From the NCBI GenBank assembly GCA_003137095.1, contig PLET01000070.1:585-64584 (forward strand): a stretch of DNA of 64,000 bases, written 5' to 3'. This document shows positions 38,190 to 46,747 of the stretch, piece after piece. The stretch's first letter is position 1. Each line of letters opens with the position of its first letter. The position numbers and the translations under genes were made by a program. The notes under the pieces are model-generated. The model searched no databases, was not told where the DNA came from, and saw only the letters and a program-made list of their open reading frames with translations. This DNA is from Gammaproteobacteria bacterium (GTDB lineage: Bacteria > Pseudomonadota > Gammaproteobacteria > Steroidobacterales > Steroidobacteraceae).

Positions 38190-39113
38190 ATGCGGTATCA
38201 CAAGCTCGATCTCAATTTATTGACCGCACTCAAGGCCTTGTTGGCGGAGAAGAACGTGACCCGCGCCGGTGAAACGGTTCATGTGACCCAATCGGCCATG
38301 AGCGGCATCCTGTCGCGATTGCGGGAGTATTTCGGCGATCCGCTGATCGTGCAGGTGGGCCGCAGGATGGAATTGACGCCGCTCGCCGAAAGTCTGGTCG
38401 AACCGATCAACGATGTCCTGCTGCGCATCGATGCCACGATCGCCACGCGGCCGGAATTCGACCCGCAAACCACGCGGCGTCATTTTTCGATCGTCGCCTC
38501 GGACTACGTGATCCATGTGCTGCTGCTGCAGGTCTTGCGCCGCGTTCACCGGGAATCGCCCGGCATGTCCCTGGAATTTCGCGGCCCGAGCGAAGCCTCG
38601 GCGTCGGAGCTCGAGGCCGGCGAGGTCGATTTCATCGTCCATCCCGAAGGCCAGTCGTCGCCGACGCAATCGACTGCCGTGCTGTTCGAGGACACGTACA
38701 CCATCGTTGTCGATGCGCAGAACTCCGAGGTCGGAGATTCGGTGGGCATCGAACAATACTTGAGCCTGCGCCATGTGACCTTCATGAGCGGCAGGCACGG
38801 CCTGCCGCAACTGGAGAGCTGGCTGGTCAATCGCTACGGCGACCAGCGCAGCGTGGAGGTCGTCACGCACACCTTCTCCCTGCTGCCCCAACTAGTGGTC
38901 GGGACGGCGCGCGTGGCCACCATGCATACCCGGCTCGCCCGTAAACTGGCGGCAGGCATGCCGGTGCGCCTGGTCAAGCCGGCATTCGACATCCCGCGGC
39001 TCGTCGAAGTGCTTCAATGGCACACATACCGCGATTTGGATCCCGGTAGCATGTGGCTGCGCGAATGCATCATACGGGCGGCCGGCGAGATGCCGGCGGT
39101 CGAAGCGCAGTGA
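38190..39113 (+). CDS. LysR-family transcriptional regulator (NodD-like)
   Basis: 'LDLNLLTALKALLAEKNVTRAGETVHVTQSAMSGILSRLREYFGDPL' wHTH. ATG 38190 sits behind AGGGGGAG. It is the C-terminal part of listed ORF 37785..39113. Confidence 0.85.
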   Translation: MRYHKLDLNLLTALKALLAEKNVTRAGETVHVTQSAMSGILSRLREYFGDPLIVQVGRRMELTPLAESLVEPINDVLLRIDATIATRPEFDPQTTRRHFSIVASDYVIHVLLLQVLRRVHRESPGMSLEFRGPSEASASELEAGEVDFIVHPEGQSSPTQSTAVLFEDTYTIVVDAQNSEVGDSVGIEQYLSLRHVTFMSGRHGLPQLESWLVNRYGDQRSVEVVTHTFSLLPQLVVGTARVATMHTRLARKLAAGMPVRLVKPAFDIPRLVEVLQWHTYRDLDPGSMWLRECIIRAAGEMPAVEAQ

Positions 39114-39118
39114 GCGCG

Positions 39119-39161
39119 CGGATCGGGGGCGGTGAACACCCGGATCGGTGGCGGTGAACAC
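39119..39161. repeat. Tandem 21-nt direct repeat (period 22)
   Basis: CGGATCGGGGGCGGTGAACAC / CGGATCGGTGGCGGTGAACAC, one mismatch, immediately after the LysR stop and upstream of the monooxygenase gene. Confidence 0.8.
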
Positions 39162-39254
39162 GCGGCTGGCGCACTGATCGCGAACGCCGATGCGGCCAAT
39201 TGCCACAAACGATTGTGCCTGGCGGCGTGCGGTGCCTAACCTGGGGCCGTCGAG

Positions 39255-40409
39255 GTGCGTGCATCGGGGGAGGGCGTTGGCGTGGCTGCGATCGACAAGG
39301 TGCTGATCGTCGGCGGCGGGGTGGCCGGGATGTCATGTGCCATCCAGATGCGCAAGCGCGGCATCGAGGTCGATCTGATCGACATCGATGCGAATTGGCG
39401 CAGCTACGGCGCGGGAATCACCGTCACGGGCCCGACCTTGCGCGCGTTGCAGACGATCGGCGTGCTGAACGAGGTGACCGCCGCGGGTGCGACCTGGAAC
39501 AACATGAAAGTGCTCAACCAGGCGGGTGAATACCTCACCGATGTTCAATTGGCGCCGCTCGCCGCCGATCTTCCGGCCACCGGAGGCATCATGCGGCCCG
39601 TGCTGCACCGGATCCTGTCGGCCAAAACGGTGGCCCTGGGAGCCCGCGTGCGCCTCGCCACGACACTCACGGATCTGACGGATGCCGGCGACCAGGTGCA
39701 GGCGTCATTCAGTGACGGATCGACGTCGCGCTACGACCTGGTGGTGGGCGCCGATGGGATCTTCTCGCGGCTGCGCGAGCGCATCTTCCCCCAGGCGCCG
39801 AAGCCCACGTTCACCGGCCAGGTGATCTACCGCGTCGTTGCCGAACGACCGCCAGGGTTCGATTGCACGCATTTCTTCATGGGTGCGGATTCCAAGGTGG
39901 GTTTCAATCCGGTATCGCCGACCCACATGTACATGTTCCTGCTGCATCGGGCCGAAGGGGATCCCAGAATCGATCCTGCCAGGCAGCCCGAGGCGCTATA
40001 CGCCGCGATGCAGGGATTCGGCGGCTTCGTGCCGCAGGTTCGCGAGACGGTGCGCACCACGAATGCCCACAGCGTCAACTACCGTCTGTTGGAGGTGCTG
40101 CTGATGCCATCCCCGTGGTTCGAGGGACGCGTCGTGCTGATCGGCGATGCCGCGCACGCGACCACGCCGCATCTGGCCTCCGGCGCCGGCATGGCGATCG
40201 AAGATGGCCTCGTCCTGGTCGAGGAGCTCGCCGCCCAAGCCACGGTACCGGAGGCACTTGACCGCTTCATGCAGCGCCGCTTCGAGCGCTGCCGTCTGGT
40301 CATTGAAAATTCCGTGGAACTCGGCCGGCTCGAAATGGAACACGGATCGCCGATGGTGCATGCAAACCTGATGGCATCGACCATGCAAACCCTGCGCCAG
40401 CCCATCTGA
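39255..40409 (+). CDS. FAD-dependent aromatic-ring monooxygenase (salicylate hydroxylase/UbiH-like)
   Basis: 'VLIVGGGVAGMSCA', 'DLVVGADGIFSRLR', 'VLIGDAAHATTPHLASGAGMAIEDG'. Exact start uncertain. Confidence 0.85.
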   Translation: MRASGEGVGVAAIDKVLIVGGGVAGMSCAIQMRKRGIEVDLIDIDANWRSYGAGITVTGPTLRALQTIGVLNEVTAAGATWNNMKVLNQAGEYLTDVQLAPLAADLPATGGIMRPVLHRILSAKTVALGARVRLATTLTDLTDAGDQVQASFSDGSTSRYDLVVGADGIFSRLRERIFPQAPKPTFTGQVIYRVVAERPPGFDCTHFFMGADSKVGFNPVSPTHMYMFLLHRAEGDPRIDPARQPEALYAAMQGFGGFVPQVRETVRTTNAHSVNYRLLEVLLMPSPWFEGRVVLIGDAAHATTPHLASGAGMAIEDGLVLVEELAAQATVPEALDRFMQRRFERCRLVIENSVELGRLEMEHGSPMVHANLMASTMQTLRQPI

Positions 40410-40440
40410 GCCGCGTGCATCGATGAAGGGCAATTTCGCC

Positions 40441-41208
40441 TCACCAGGCGGTGGCGCCTCCGTCCACGGCAAAGTCGGCAGCGGTGATCCAGGAGGACTC
40501 ATCCGATGCCAGGAAGGTGGCGCACCAGGCGACGTCCTCAGGCTGTCCCAGGCGCTTCAACATGAGCTTCCTCAGGACGTTCTCCTTGAACCCGGGTATC
40601 TCCAACACCGGTTTGGTCGCACCCGTCACGATCATCGCCGGTGAGATCGTGTTGGCGCGCAGGCCGTACGGCGCGCCCTCCATCGCCAGCTGTCGCGTCA
40701 TCGCCAACACGCCGCCCTTTCCGGCACAGTGGGCCAATGCGCCGGATCCTTCGAGCGCGACGAATGCGTTGGCCGAGGCAAAATTGATGATGGAGCCGCC
40801 GCGCCTGATCAGATGCGGCCAGGCGGCCTTGCAGGCCAGGAACACGATGTCCAATTCACCGGTCAGCGTCGCCTTCCAATGGGACAGATAGTCCATTTCG
40901 TGGATCCAGGCGAATGCACCGAACGCCGCCGCGTTGACCAACACGTCCAGGCGTCCATAGCGCTCCACGGTGGCTTCCACGACCCGTCGCACCGCCTCGG
41001 GATCGGTCAAATCGCAGGGATGCACGCTCGCCAACGCCAGACTCTGCGCCTGCCCGGCGCTCAAGGTCGCCTCGGCGGCTGCGGCGTCGATGTCGCACCC
41101 CATCACCTGCGCCCCATGCCGCGCGAACATCAGCGCGCACCCCTGGCCGATGCCGCTGCCGATGCCCGTGACGAGCGCCACCTTGCCGGCCAGCCGATTC
41201 GATAGCAT
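40441..41208 (-). CDS. Short-chain dehydrogenase/reductase (SDR)
   Basis: 'VALVTGIGSGIG', 'HCAGKGGV' (YxxxK variant region), C-terminal 'DGGATAW'. Confidence 0.85.
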   Translation of the reverse strand: MLSNRLAGKVALVTGIGSGIGQGCALMFARHGAQVMGCDIDAAAAEATLSAGQAQSLALASVHPCDLTDPEAVRRVVEATVERYGRLDVLVNAAAFGAFAWIHEMDYLSHWKATLTGELDIVFLACKAAWPHLIRRGGSIINFASANAFVALEGSGALAHCAGKGGVLAMTRQLAMEGAPYGLRANTISPAMIVTGATKPVLEIPGFKENVLRKLMLKRLGQPEDVAWCATFLASDESSWITAADFAVDGGATAW

Positions 41209-41361
41209 GGTTTCAGTTTATTGCGCAGCGGCGGTTCCGGCCAATCAATTCGCCGAATGTCACCTATCGCGCAAGCCGGGACGTGGTGCCCGGCCGCTCC
41301 GGTACCGCTTCGCTATGTGCGCTACCAGACTGTCGCGCATTGAATCCGCGCGTAAGTTCGC

Positions 41362-42081
41362 ATGTTGGCAATCACTGGGAAATGCCTCTTGCCCCGGATT
41401 CAGAATCAGATCATCGCTCGGCTGCCGCGACGTGATTGCGCGCATTTTATCGGCCTGTGCGACGAGGCGGATCTGGTCATGTCCGAGGTGCTGTGCGAAA
41501 GCGGTGCCGTCACCCGCTACGTGTATTTCCCGATCAGCGGATTCATCTCGCTGGTCACCGCGACCGATGGCAAACCCGTACTCGAGGTGGGCATGGTGGG
41601 CAGTGAAGGCATGCTGGGCGCGCAGCTGGTGCTGGGCGTGGTCACGGCGCCGATGCATGCGCTGGTGCAGGGGTCCGGCAGCGCGCTGCGGATCGCGGCG
41701 GCGCCATTTCGCAAGGAACTTGCGCACAGCAAGGCGCTGCGGGCGAGTCTGGAACGATACGTCTACGTCCTGATGAATCAAATGGCGGTTTCAGCGGCCT
41801 GTCTTCGCTTCCACGAAATCGGGCCGCGGCTCGCACGCTGGCTGCTGATGACCCAGGACCGTGCCCGGGCGGACTCCTTCCATGTCACCCACGAGTTCCT
41901 CGCCTACATGCTCGGGGTGCGCCGGGTGGGCATCACGGTGGCCGCGGTGGGTCTGCAACGCCGAGGTCTGATCCGATATCACCGCGGCAACGTCACCATC
42001 ATGAACCGCCGCGGCCTCGAGGCGGCGGCATGCAGCTGTTATGCAGCGAACAACAAGGCCTATGCCGACCTGATGAAATAA
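41362..42081 (+). CDS. CRP/FNR-family transcriptional regulator (paralogue A)
   Basis: cNMP-binding-like barrel 'YVYFPISGFISLV..GMVGSEGMLG', HTH 'HEFLAYMLGVRRVGITVAAVGLQRRGLIRYHRG', terminal 'CSCY' motif. Confidence 0.8.
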   Translation: MLAITGKCLLPRIQNQIIARLPRRDCAHFIGLCDEADLVMSEVLCESGAVTRYVYFPISGFISLVTATDGKPVLEVGMVGSEGMLGAQLVLGVVTAPMHALVQGSGSALRIAAAPFRKELAHSKALRASLERYVYVLMNQMAVSAACLRFHEIGPRLARWLLMTQDRARADSFHVTHEFLAYMLGVRRVGITVAAVGLQRRGLIRYHRGNVTIMNRRGLEAAACSCYAANNKAYADLMK

Positions 42082-42106
42082 CGGGACGGCGGGCGCCAAA
42101 CAGAGC

Positions 42107-42128
42107 AGCCGCCCCGCACGGGGCGGCT
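42107..42128. terminator. Hairpin between convergent genes
   Basis: AGCCGCCCCG-CA-CGGGGCGGCT (about 9-bp stem with a 4-nt loop), followed by CTTTC. Confidence 0.45.
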
Positions 42129-42173
42129 CTTTCAGCCTCGAATCTACGAAATTTTCGACTCCGCGAAGTTCGT

Positions 42174-42752
42174 TCAGGTTCCGCGGCGCGCCGTATAGGA
42201 GAACTTCTCGCCCTCGAGGGACGCGCTGGCCATCAGGCCGCCTTTGACGATGGTGAACACCGCCATGCCGTGGTTGTAGGCACCCACGACGGCCGCGTCC
42301 TTCATGCCCGCGCTCGCCCCCGCACCGGCGCCCATGGTGCCGACGCCCGCTCCGGCACCCGAGGAAATCGCCACGACGCTGGCGCCCGCCCCGAATTGAA
42401 AGTTGCCCGATTCGAATTCGTCAAGCGCACGCTTATCCTGGAAGAAGATGATTTCGCTGTAGGCTGCGCCGCCCGCCTGCCAACCGACGCTCAACTGGGT
42501 CACCGCCGTATCGCCGACCCGGATGCCCCGCGAATAAACTCGTCCCCTGCCGTGGGCCGCGCCGACGACGAAGCCGCCCTCTCCGACGGTTGGGAAAATG
42601 GCGTAGGCGTAGCTGTTCTTGAAGAAATCCGCGCTTTGCGCGGCATTCTTGAACAGCAGCGTCGCGTCCTGATATTTGCCGGCGTAGGCGGCTCCCGTGG
42701 CCAGTCCCAGCGTGGTCGCGAGAACGGCGGTCAATTTGGTCGAATGCTTCAT
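42174..42752 (-). CDS. Secreted SYLF (Ysc84/DUF500) lipid-binding-domain protein
   Basis: Signal peptide MKHSTKLTAVLATTLGLATGAAYA. 'AIFPTVGEGGFVVGAAHGRG', 'FQFGAGASV', 'GLMASASLEGEKF' fit the SYLF pattern. Confidence 0.75.
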   Translation of the reverse strand: MKHSTKLTAVLATTLGLATGAAYAGKYQDATLLFKNAAQSADFFKNSYAYAIFPTVGEGGFVVGAAHGRGRVYSRGIRVGDTAVTQLSVGWQAGGAAYSEIIFFQDKRALDEFESGNFQFGAGASVVAISSGAGAGVGTMGAGAGASAGMKDAAVVGAYNHGMAVFTIVKGGLMASASLEGEKFSYTARRGT

Positions 42753-42904
42753 GAGAATTCCTTGTAGCGAGTGATCAGTGGTTCATTGCCACCGCAGCAA
42801 CGCGAAATTGCGATGCTTCCCGGTGACGATTCCTACAACGCCAGAATGCGCGCAATGCGGCCGGACATCTGTACGCCAGCGCGCTTTGGCGTCGCCGTGG
42901 TTGC

Positions 42905-43645
42905 TCAGCCCATCCAGTGCACCGGCTCGACCGGGGCGGCCAGCTGCTTTGGCAGCAGCCGGTTCATCTCGCTCTTGACGGCGGCGTAACACTCGCAGGA
43001 GCGCGATTGCAGGCCGATCCGATCCACGACGTCGATGTGCCCGCGTCGATAGCGGATGAATCCGCCCTCCTGCAGCCGGCCCGCGGCCTCTGTGATGCTC
43101 TCGCGGCGCACCCCGAGCAGATTCGCGACCAGCTCCTGGGTCATGGTCAATTCCTGCGCCGGCAGCCGATCCAGGGTCCACAGCAGCCAGCGGCTGAGCT
43201 GCTGTTCGACCGAGTGGTGGCGGTTGCAGGCCGCCGTTTGGCACATCTGGGTGATGAGCGCCTGGGTGTAGCGCAGCAGCAGGCGCTGAACCGCGCCGCC
43301 GCGCGTGAATTCCACGCCGAGCGCGCGGCGCGACAGCCGGTAGGCGTGTCCTCCCGCACGTACCACGGCCGAGCTCGAGGTGGTGTCGCCGCCCATGAAC
43401 AGCGGCACGCCGACCATGCCCTCAGGACCCACCCCGGCAATCTCCGAAGACGCGCCGGAGCGGGTCACGTAGTGCAGCGAGACGATGGCGGTGACCGGGA
43501 AGTAGGCGTGTTCCAGCTGCCGGTCCGGTTCGTACATCGCGTCGCCCAGACGCATCGACAGCAATTCCAAATTCGGCGACAGGCGCTCGAAATCTCCGGG
43601 CGGCAGCGCCGCCAGCAGTTGATTTTGAGTGGGATGAGGGGCCAC
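42905..43645 (-). CDS. CRP/FNR-family transcriptional regulator (paralogue B)
   Basis: 'NQLLAALPPGDFERL', 'AYFPVTAIVSL', HTH 'QELVANLLGVRRESITEAAGRLQEGGFIRYRRG', 'CECY' motif. 21 nt after the REC-PAS gene. Confidence 0.85.
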   Translation of the reverse strand: MAPHPTQNQLLAALPPGDFERLSPNLELLSMRLGDAMYEPDRQLEHAYFPVTAIVSLHYVTRSGASSEIAGVGPEGMVGVPLFMGGDTTSSSAVVRAGGHAYRLSRRALGVEFTRGGAVQRLLLRYTQALITQMCQTAACNRHHSVEQQLSRWLLWTLDRLPAQELTMTQELVANLLGVRRESITEAAGRLQEGGFIRYRRGHIDVVDRIGLQSRSCECYAAVKSEMNRLLPKQLAAPVEPVHWMG

Positions 43646-43666
43646 GGGATGGGTCCGGGTAACCGT

Positions 43667-44488
43667 CTAATGCTGGCCGTTGATTTCGACGCCGATGCCG
43701 CGGTAACCGAGAAAGCGGCAGGCGGCGCTGAACATGGGCTCGCCGCTGACGCGGTAGCGATGCACCGAGCCGTCGGAACCCGCGCAGCTCATGCTGAGAT
43801 CGAGAAACGGCTGGCGCAACTCGATTTTCGACTGCAGCGCCCGCCGCTGTCCCTCGTCCCAGCCGGGACTCGACGCCGGATGCGCATCCTCCGCGAGCGT
43901 GCCGACGCGCATCCCGAGCATCTCGAGGACGGGCCCGGACACCTTGGTGAATGCGCCGCGCTCGTCCTGTTCCCAGTACCAGTCCGAGGCCAGCTCCGTC
44001 AGACTGCGGTAGCGCGCCTCGCTTTCGCGCAACTCCGCGGTGCGCTCCTGCACGATCCGTTCGAGATCGGCGTTGAACCGCTCGATCTGCCGGTACAGCA
44101 GGCGTACCTCGAGCATGTTGTGGATGCGGGCTCTCACTTCCGCCAGGTCGAAGGGCTTGCTGATGAAATCCCTGGCGCCCGCCTGCAGCGCCCGCAGCTT
44201 GTGTCCCGGCTGCGCGGTGAGCACGATGACCGGCATATAGCCGTCCGCAGTATTCGTTTTCAGACCTTCCATCACCTGGAAGCCGTCCATGCCGGGCATC
44301 TGCAGATCAAGAAGTATCAGGTCATAGAGATTTCGGCGATTCAGCGAACACACCTCGGCCGGATTCATGGTGGCGCTGACGCCGCGATAACCGGCCTCCG
44401 CGAGCAAGTGTGTGAGCAGCTGCACATTGGCGCATTGATCATCGACGATCAAAATGCTCGAGCCGAGAATGTCGCCGGTATCGATCAT
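43667..44488 (-). CDS. Response-regulator receiver fused to coiled-coil + PAS domain (no DNA-binding/enzymatic output)
   Basis: 'ILIVDDQCANV', 'LILLDLQMPGMDG', 'VIVLTA', 'KP' receiver motifs, then PAS-like 'YRSLTELASDWYWEQDERG'. ATG 44488 overlaps the kinase stop (ATGA). Listed ORF start 44884 is spurious. Confidence 0.85.
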   Translation of the reverse strand: MIDTGDILGSSILIVDDQCANVQLLTHLLAEAGYRGVSATMNPAEVCSLNRRNLYDLILLDLQMPGMDGFQVMEGLKTNTADGYMPVIVLTAQPGHKLRALQAGARDFISKPFDLAEVRARIHNMLEVRLLYRQIERFNADLERIVQERTAELRESEARYRSLTELASDWYWEQDERGAFTKVSGPVLEMLGMRVGTLAEDAHPASSPGWDEGQRRALQSKIELRQPFLDLSMSCAGSDGSVHRYRVSGEPMFSAACRFLGYRGIGVEINGQH

Positions 44489-46284
44489 GGTGCACCTGCC
44501 GCGGCATCCAGAGTGCACGGAAGGGCATGCGCGGATGCCAGTGCGCCGTCCAATGTGTCCATGAACCGGCCGACGTTGATCGGCTTGGTCAAATAGCTGA
44601 AGAATCCGGCGGCCAGGCCCTTTTCGATGTCGCCCGGCATGGCATTGGCGCTCAGCGCAATCACGGGAATGTGCGCGGTGTCCCGGTCCCGCGCCAGGAC
44701 GCCGAGCGCCGTCTGGCCGCTGATGCCGGGCAGATTGATGTCCATGAGAATGACATCGGGCCGCGTCGCCCGCGCCAGCTCGATGCCGCTGCTGCCGTCC
44801 TTCGCCACCAGCAGACGGATGTCCGGCCGTCTTTCGAGAAGCTTCTCGACCAGCAGCAGATTGGCCGGATTGTCCTCGACGCACAGCAGGGTGTGCAGCG
44901 GCTCCTGCGCAAGGGCAATCGAGGCCGCGACCGGCTTGCGCACCGCGGCTGCGGCCGGTAGGCGCGGGGCATGCGCCGCCTGCAGATCAATCCAGAAGAC
45001 GCTGCCCGCGCCCACGGTGCTTTGCGCGCCGAGGGTGCCGCCCATCATTTCCACGAGCCGTTTGCTCACCACCAGGCCGATGCCGGTGCCTTCCTCGCTA
45101 CCGGCCTCGCGCCCCAGGCGATTGAACGGCTGAAACAGCTGCGCGAGCTTCTCCGGAGGCAGTCCCTCGCCGGTGTCATGCACGGCGATGCGGGTGCGAT
45201 TTGCGTCGCTCAGATCGCAGATCACCTCGACCGCTCCGCCGGCGCGATTGTATTTGATGGCGTTCGACAGCAGATTGATGAGCACCTGTTTAAGGCGGGT
45301 TCGATCCGCCTTGACGTAGGCAGCCCGCTCGAATTGCGGAAACGTCAGGCCGATGCCGCTCTTCTGCGCCACGGGTTCGATCATGCCGTGACAATCGCCG
45401 AGCACCTCCGCGAGCGAGATGGGTTCGGGAGACAGGGACAGGCGGCCTGATTCGATCAACGCGAGATCGAGAATCTCATTGATGAGCTCCAACAGGTACC
45501 ATCCGGCCTGCAGGATCTGTTCGATGCTCTGGAGTTGCACCGGCGATGGCGGCGGCGTGCCCGATTCCATGAGCTGGGCGAATCCCAGGATGGCATTCAG
45601 CGGCGAGCGCAGCTCGTGGCTCATGCTCGACAAGAAATCCGATTTTGCGAGATTGGCCTTTTCGGCCGCCAGCTTGGCACCCTGCAGCGCCAGGTTGCTC
45701 TCCTGCAGAGCCTGGTCGAGCACGCGCCGCTCGATCTCGAACCGATTGCGCAGGGTATTGTCGGTGCCGATGAGCAGGTAGCCAATGATGGCATCGTGCG
45801 GGTCGCGCAGCGCGGTCACGGAGACCATGGCCGGGAAGCGGCTGCCGTCCCTGCGGATGTAGGTGAGTTCGTAGATGTCTTCGATGCCGCGCGAAGCCTT
45901 GAAGAAGAGGGCGTCGACGCCGGGCTGTATGGCGGTCGCCAATTCCGCACTCAGCAAGCGCGCCCGGGCGATGATTTCCAGCGGATCGGAGATGTCCGCC
46001 GGGGTGATCCGGTTGATGACTTCGTCGGCTGCGTAGCCGAGCATGCGTTCGGCGCCGACGTTGAAGATCTGGATCACGCCGCCCGCGTCGGTGGCGATGC
46101 AGGAAAAATCGGCGCTGTTGAATATGGCCTGCTGCAGAGCCGGCGCCACATCGGGGCGGATGGCGGCCGCCGGTCTTACCAGACCGGGCCGCGCGGACCT
46201 GCCGCGCTCTTGCGGCTCTCCCGATTTTTCCATGCACCCGATCATGGCCGCAACGGCGCCGCGTGTCCGTACGCTAGCGAACAA
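44485..46284 (-). CDS. PAS-domain hybrid sensor histidine kinase/response regulator
   Basis: PAS 'FSCIATDAGGVIQIFNVGAERMLGY', H-box 'SHELRSPLNAILGFAQL', 'DTGEGLP', 'GTGIGL', receiver 'LLCVEDNPANL..ILMDINLPGISG'. Start uncertain (TTG 46284; ATG 46245 or 46233). Confidence 0.85.
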   Translation of the reverse strand: MFASVRTRGAVAAMIGCMEKSGEPQERGRSARPGLVRPAAAIRPDVAPALQQAIFNSADFSCIATDAGGVIQIFNVGAERMLGYAADEVINRITPADISDPLEIIARARLLSAELATAIQPGVDALFFKASRGIEDIYELTYIRRDGSRFPAMVSVTALRDPHDAIIGYLLIGTDNTLRNRFEIERRVLDQALQESNLALQGAKLAAEKANLAKSDFLSSMSHELRSPLNAILGFAQLMESGTPPPSPVQLQSIEQILQAGWYLLELINEILDLALIESGRLSLSPEPISLAEVLGDCHGMIEPVAQKSGIGLTFPQFERAAYVKADRTRLKQVLINLLSNAIKYNRAGGAVEVICDLSDANRTRIAVHDTGEGLPPEKLAQLFQPFNRLGREAGSEEGTGIGLVVSKRLVEMMGGTLGAQSTVGAGSVFWIDLQAAHAPRLPAAAAVRKPVAASIALAQEPLHTLLCVEDNPANLLLVEKLLERRPDIRLLVAKDGSSGIELARATRPDVILMDINLPGISGQTALGVLARDRDTAHIPVIALSANAMPGDIEKGLAAGFFSYLTKPINVGRFMDTLDGALASAHALPCTLDAAAGAP

Positions 46285-46314
46285 TACCCGGCGCCGTGTC
46301 GCGGATTCACCCGC

Positions 46315-46548
46315 TCAGGCGGATATTTCGGATTTCAGCCGGACGTATTCGTCACGGGCGATCTCGCCCTTGGCGTAGCGTTCGTCGAGAATGTCGAGCG
46401 CCGGCTTGCGCGGCAGCCGGCCGTACTTCGAATGGGCGCGATAGGTGTAGCCCCAGTTGCCGATGCTCGAAAAGAACAGCAGAAAGACGCCGAACCACAG
46501 GAACCAGCCCCAACCGAAATACCAATCGTTCCAATACGTGTGAGCCAC
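46315..46548 (-). CDS. Trp-rich membrane miniprotein with C-terminal SHOCT domain
   Basis: GTG 46548 sits 7 nt after GGAG. VAHTYWNDWYFGWGWFLWFGVFLLFF.. TM segment, then 'ALDILDERYAKGEIARDEYVRLKSEI' (SHOCT signature). The listed 134-aa ORF is an upstream extension. Confidence 0.6.
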   Translation of the reverse strand: MAHTYWNDWYFGWGWFLWFGVFLLFFSSIGNWGYTYRAHSKYGRLPRKPALDILDERYAKGEIARDEYVRLKSEISA

Positions 46549-46747
46549 GATAATTCTCCGATGATGAACCAGGCCGCCAGTATGCGGCACACATCGCGCG
46601 CGTTCTGTACGCTGCCCCACGCGCGGCCGACGGACCGGGCGAACCCGCCCATGGGCCGGCGGGCGCAAAAAGTGACTGTACGCCAACGAACATAGAGTAG
46701 GATTGGGACAGGCCGGCATGGCCGGCCGTACGGACGGCAGCTATTCC

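Noticed and set aside
42917-44596. 559-aa plus-strand ORF spanning the CRP-like B and REC-PAS genes
   Set aside because: It lies antisense to two genes with clear domain signatures. The translation is Arg/Ala/Gly/His-rich low-complexity with no recognisable motif, typical of a GC-driven shadow ORF.
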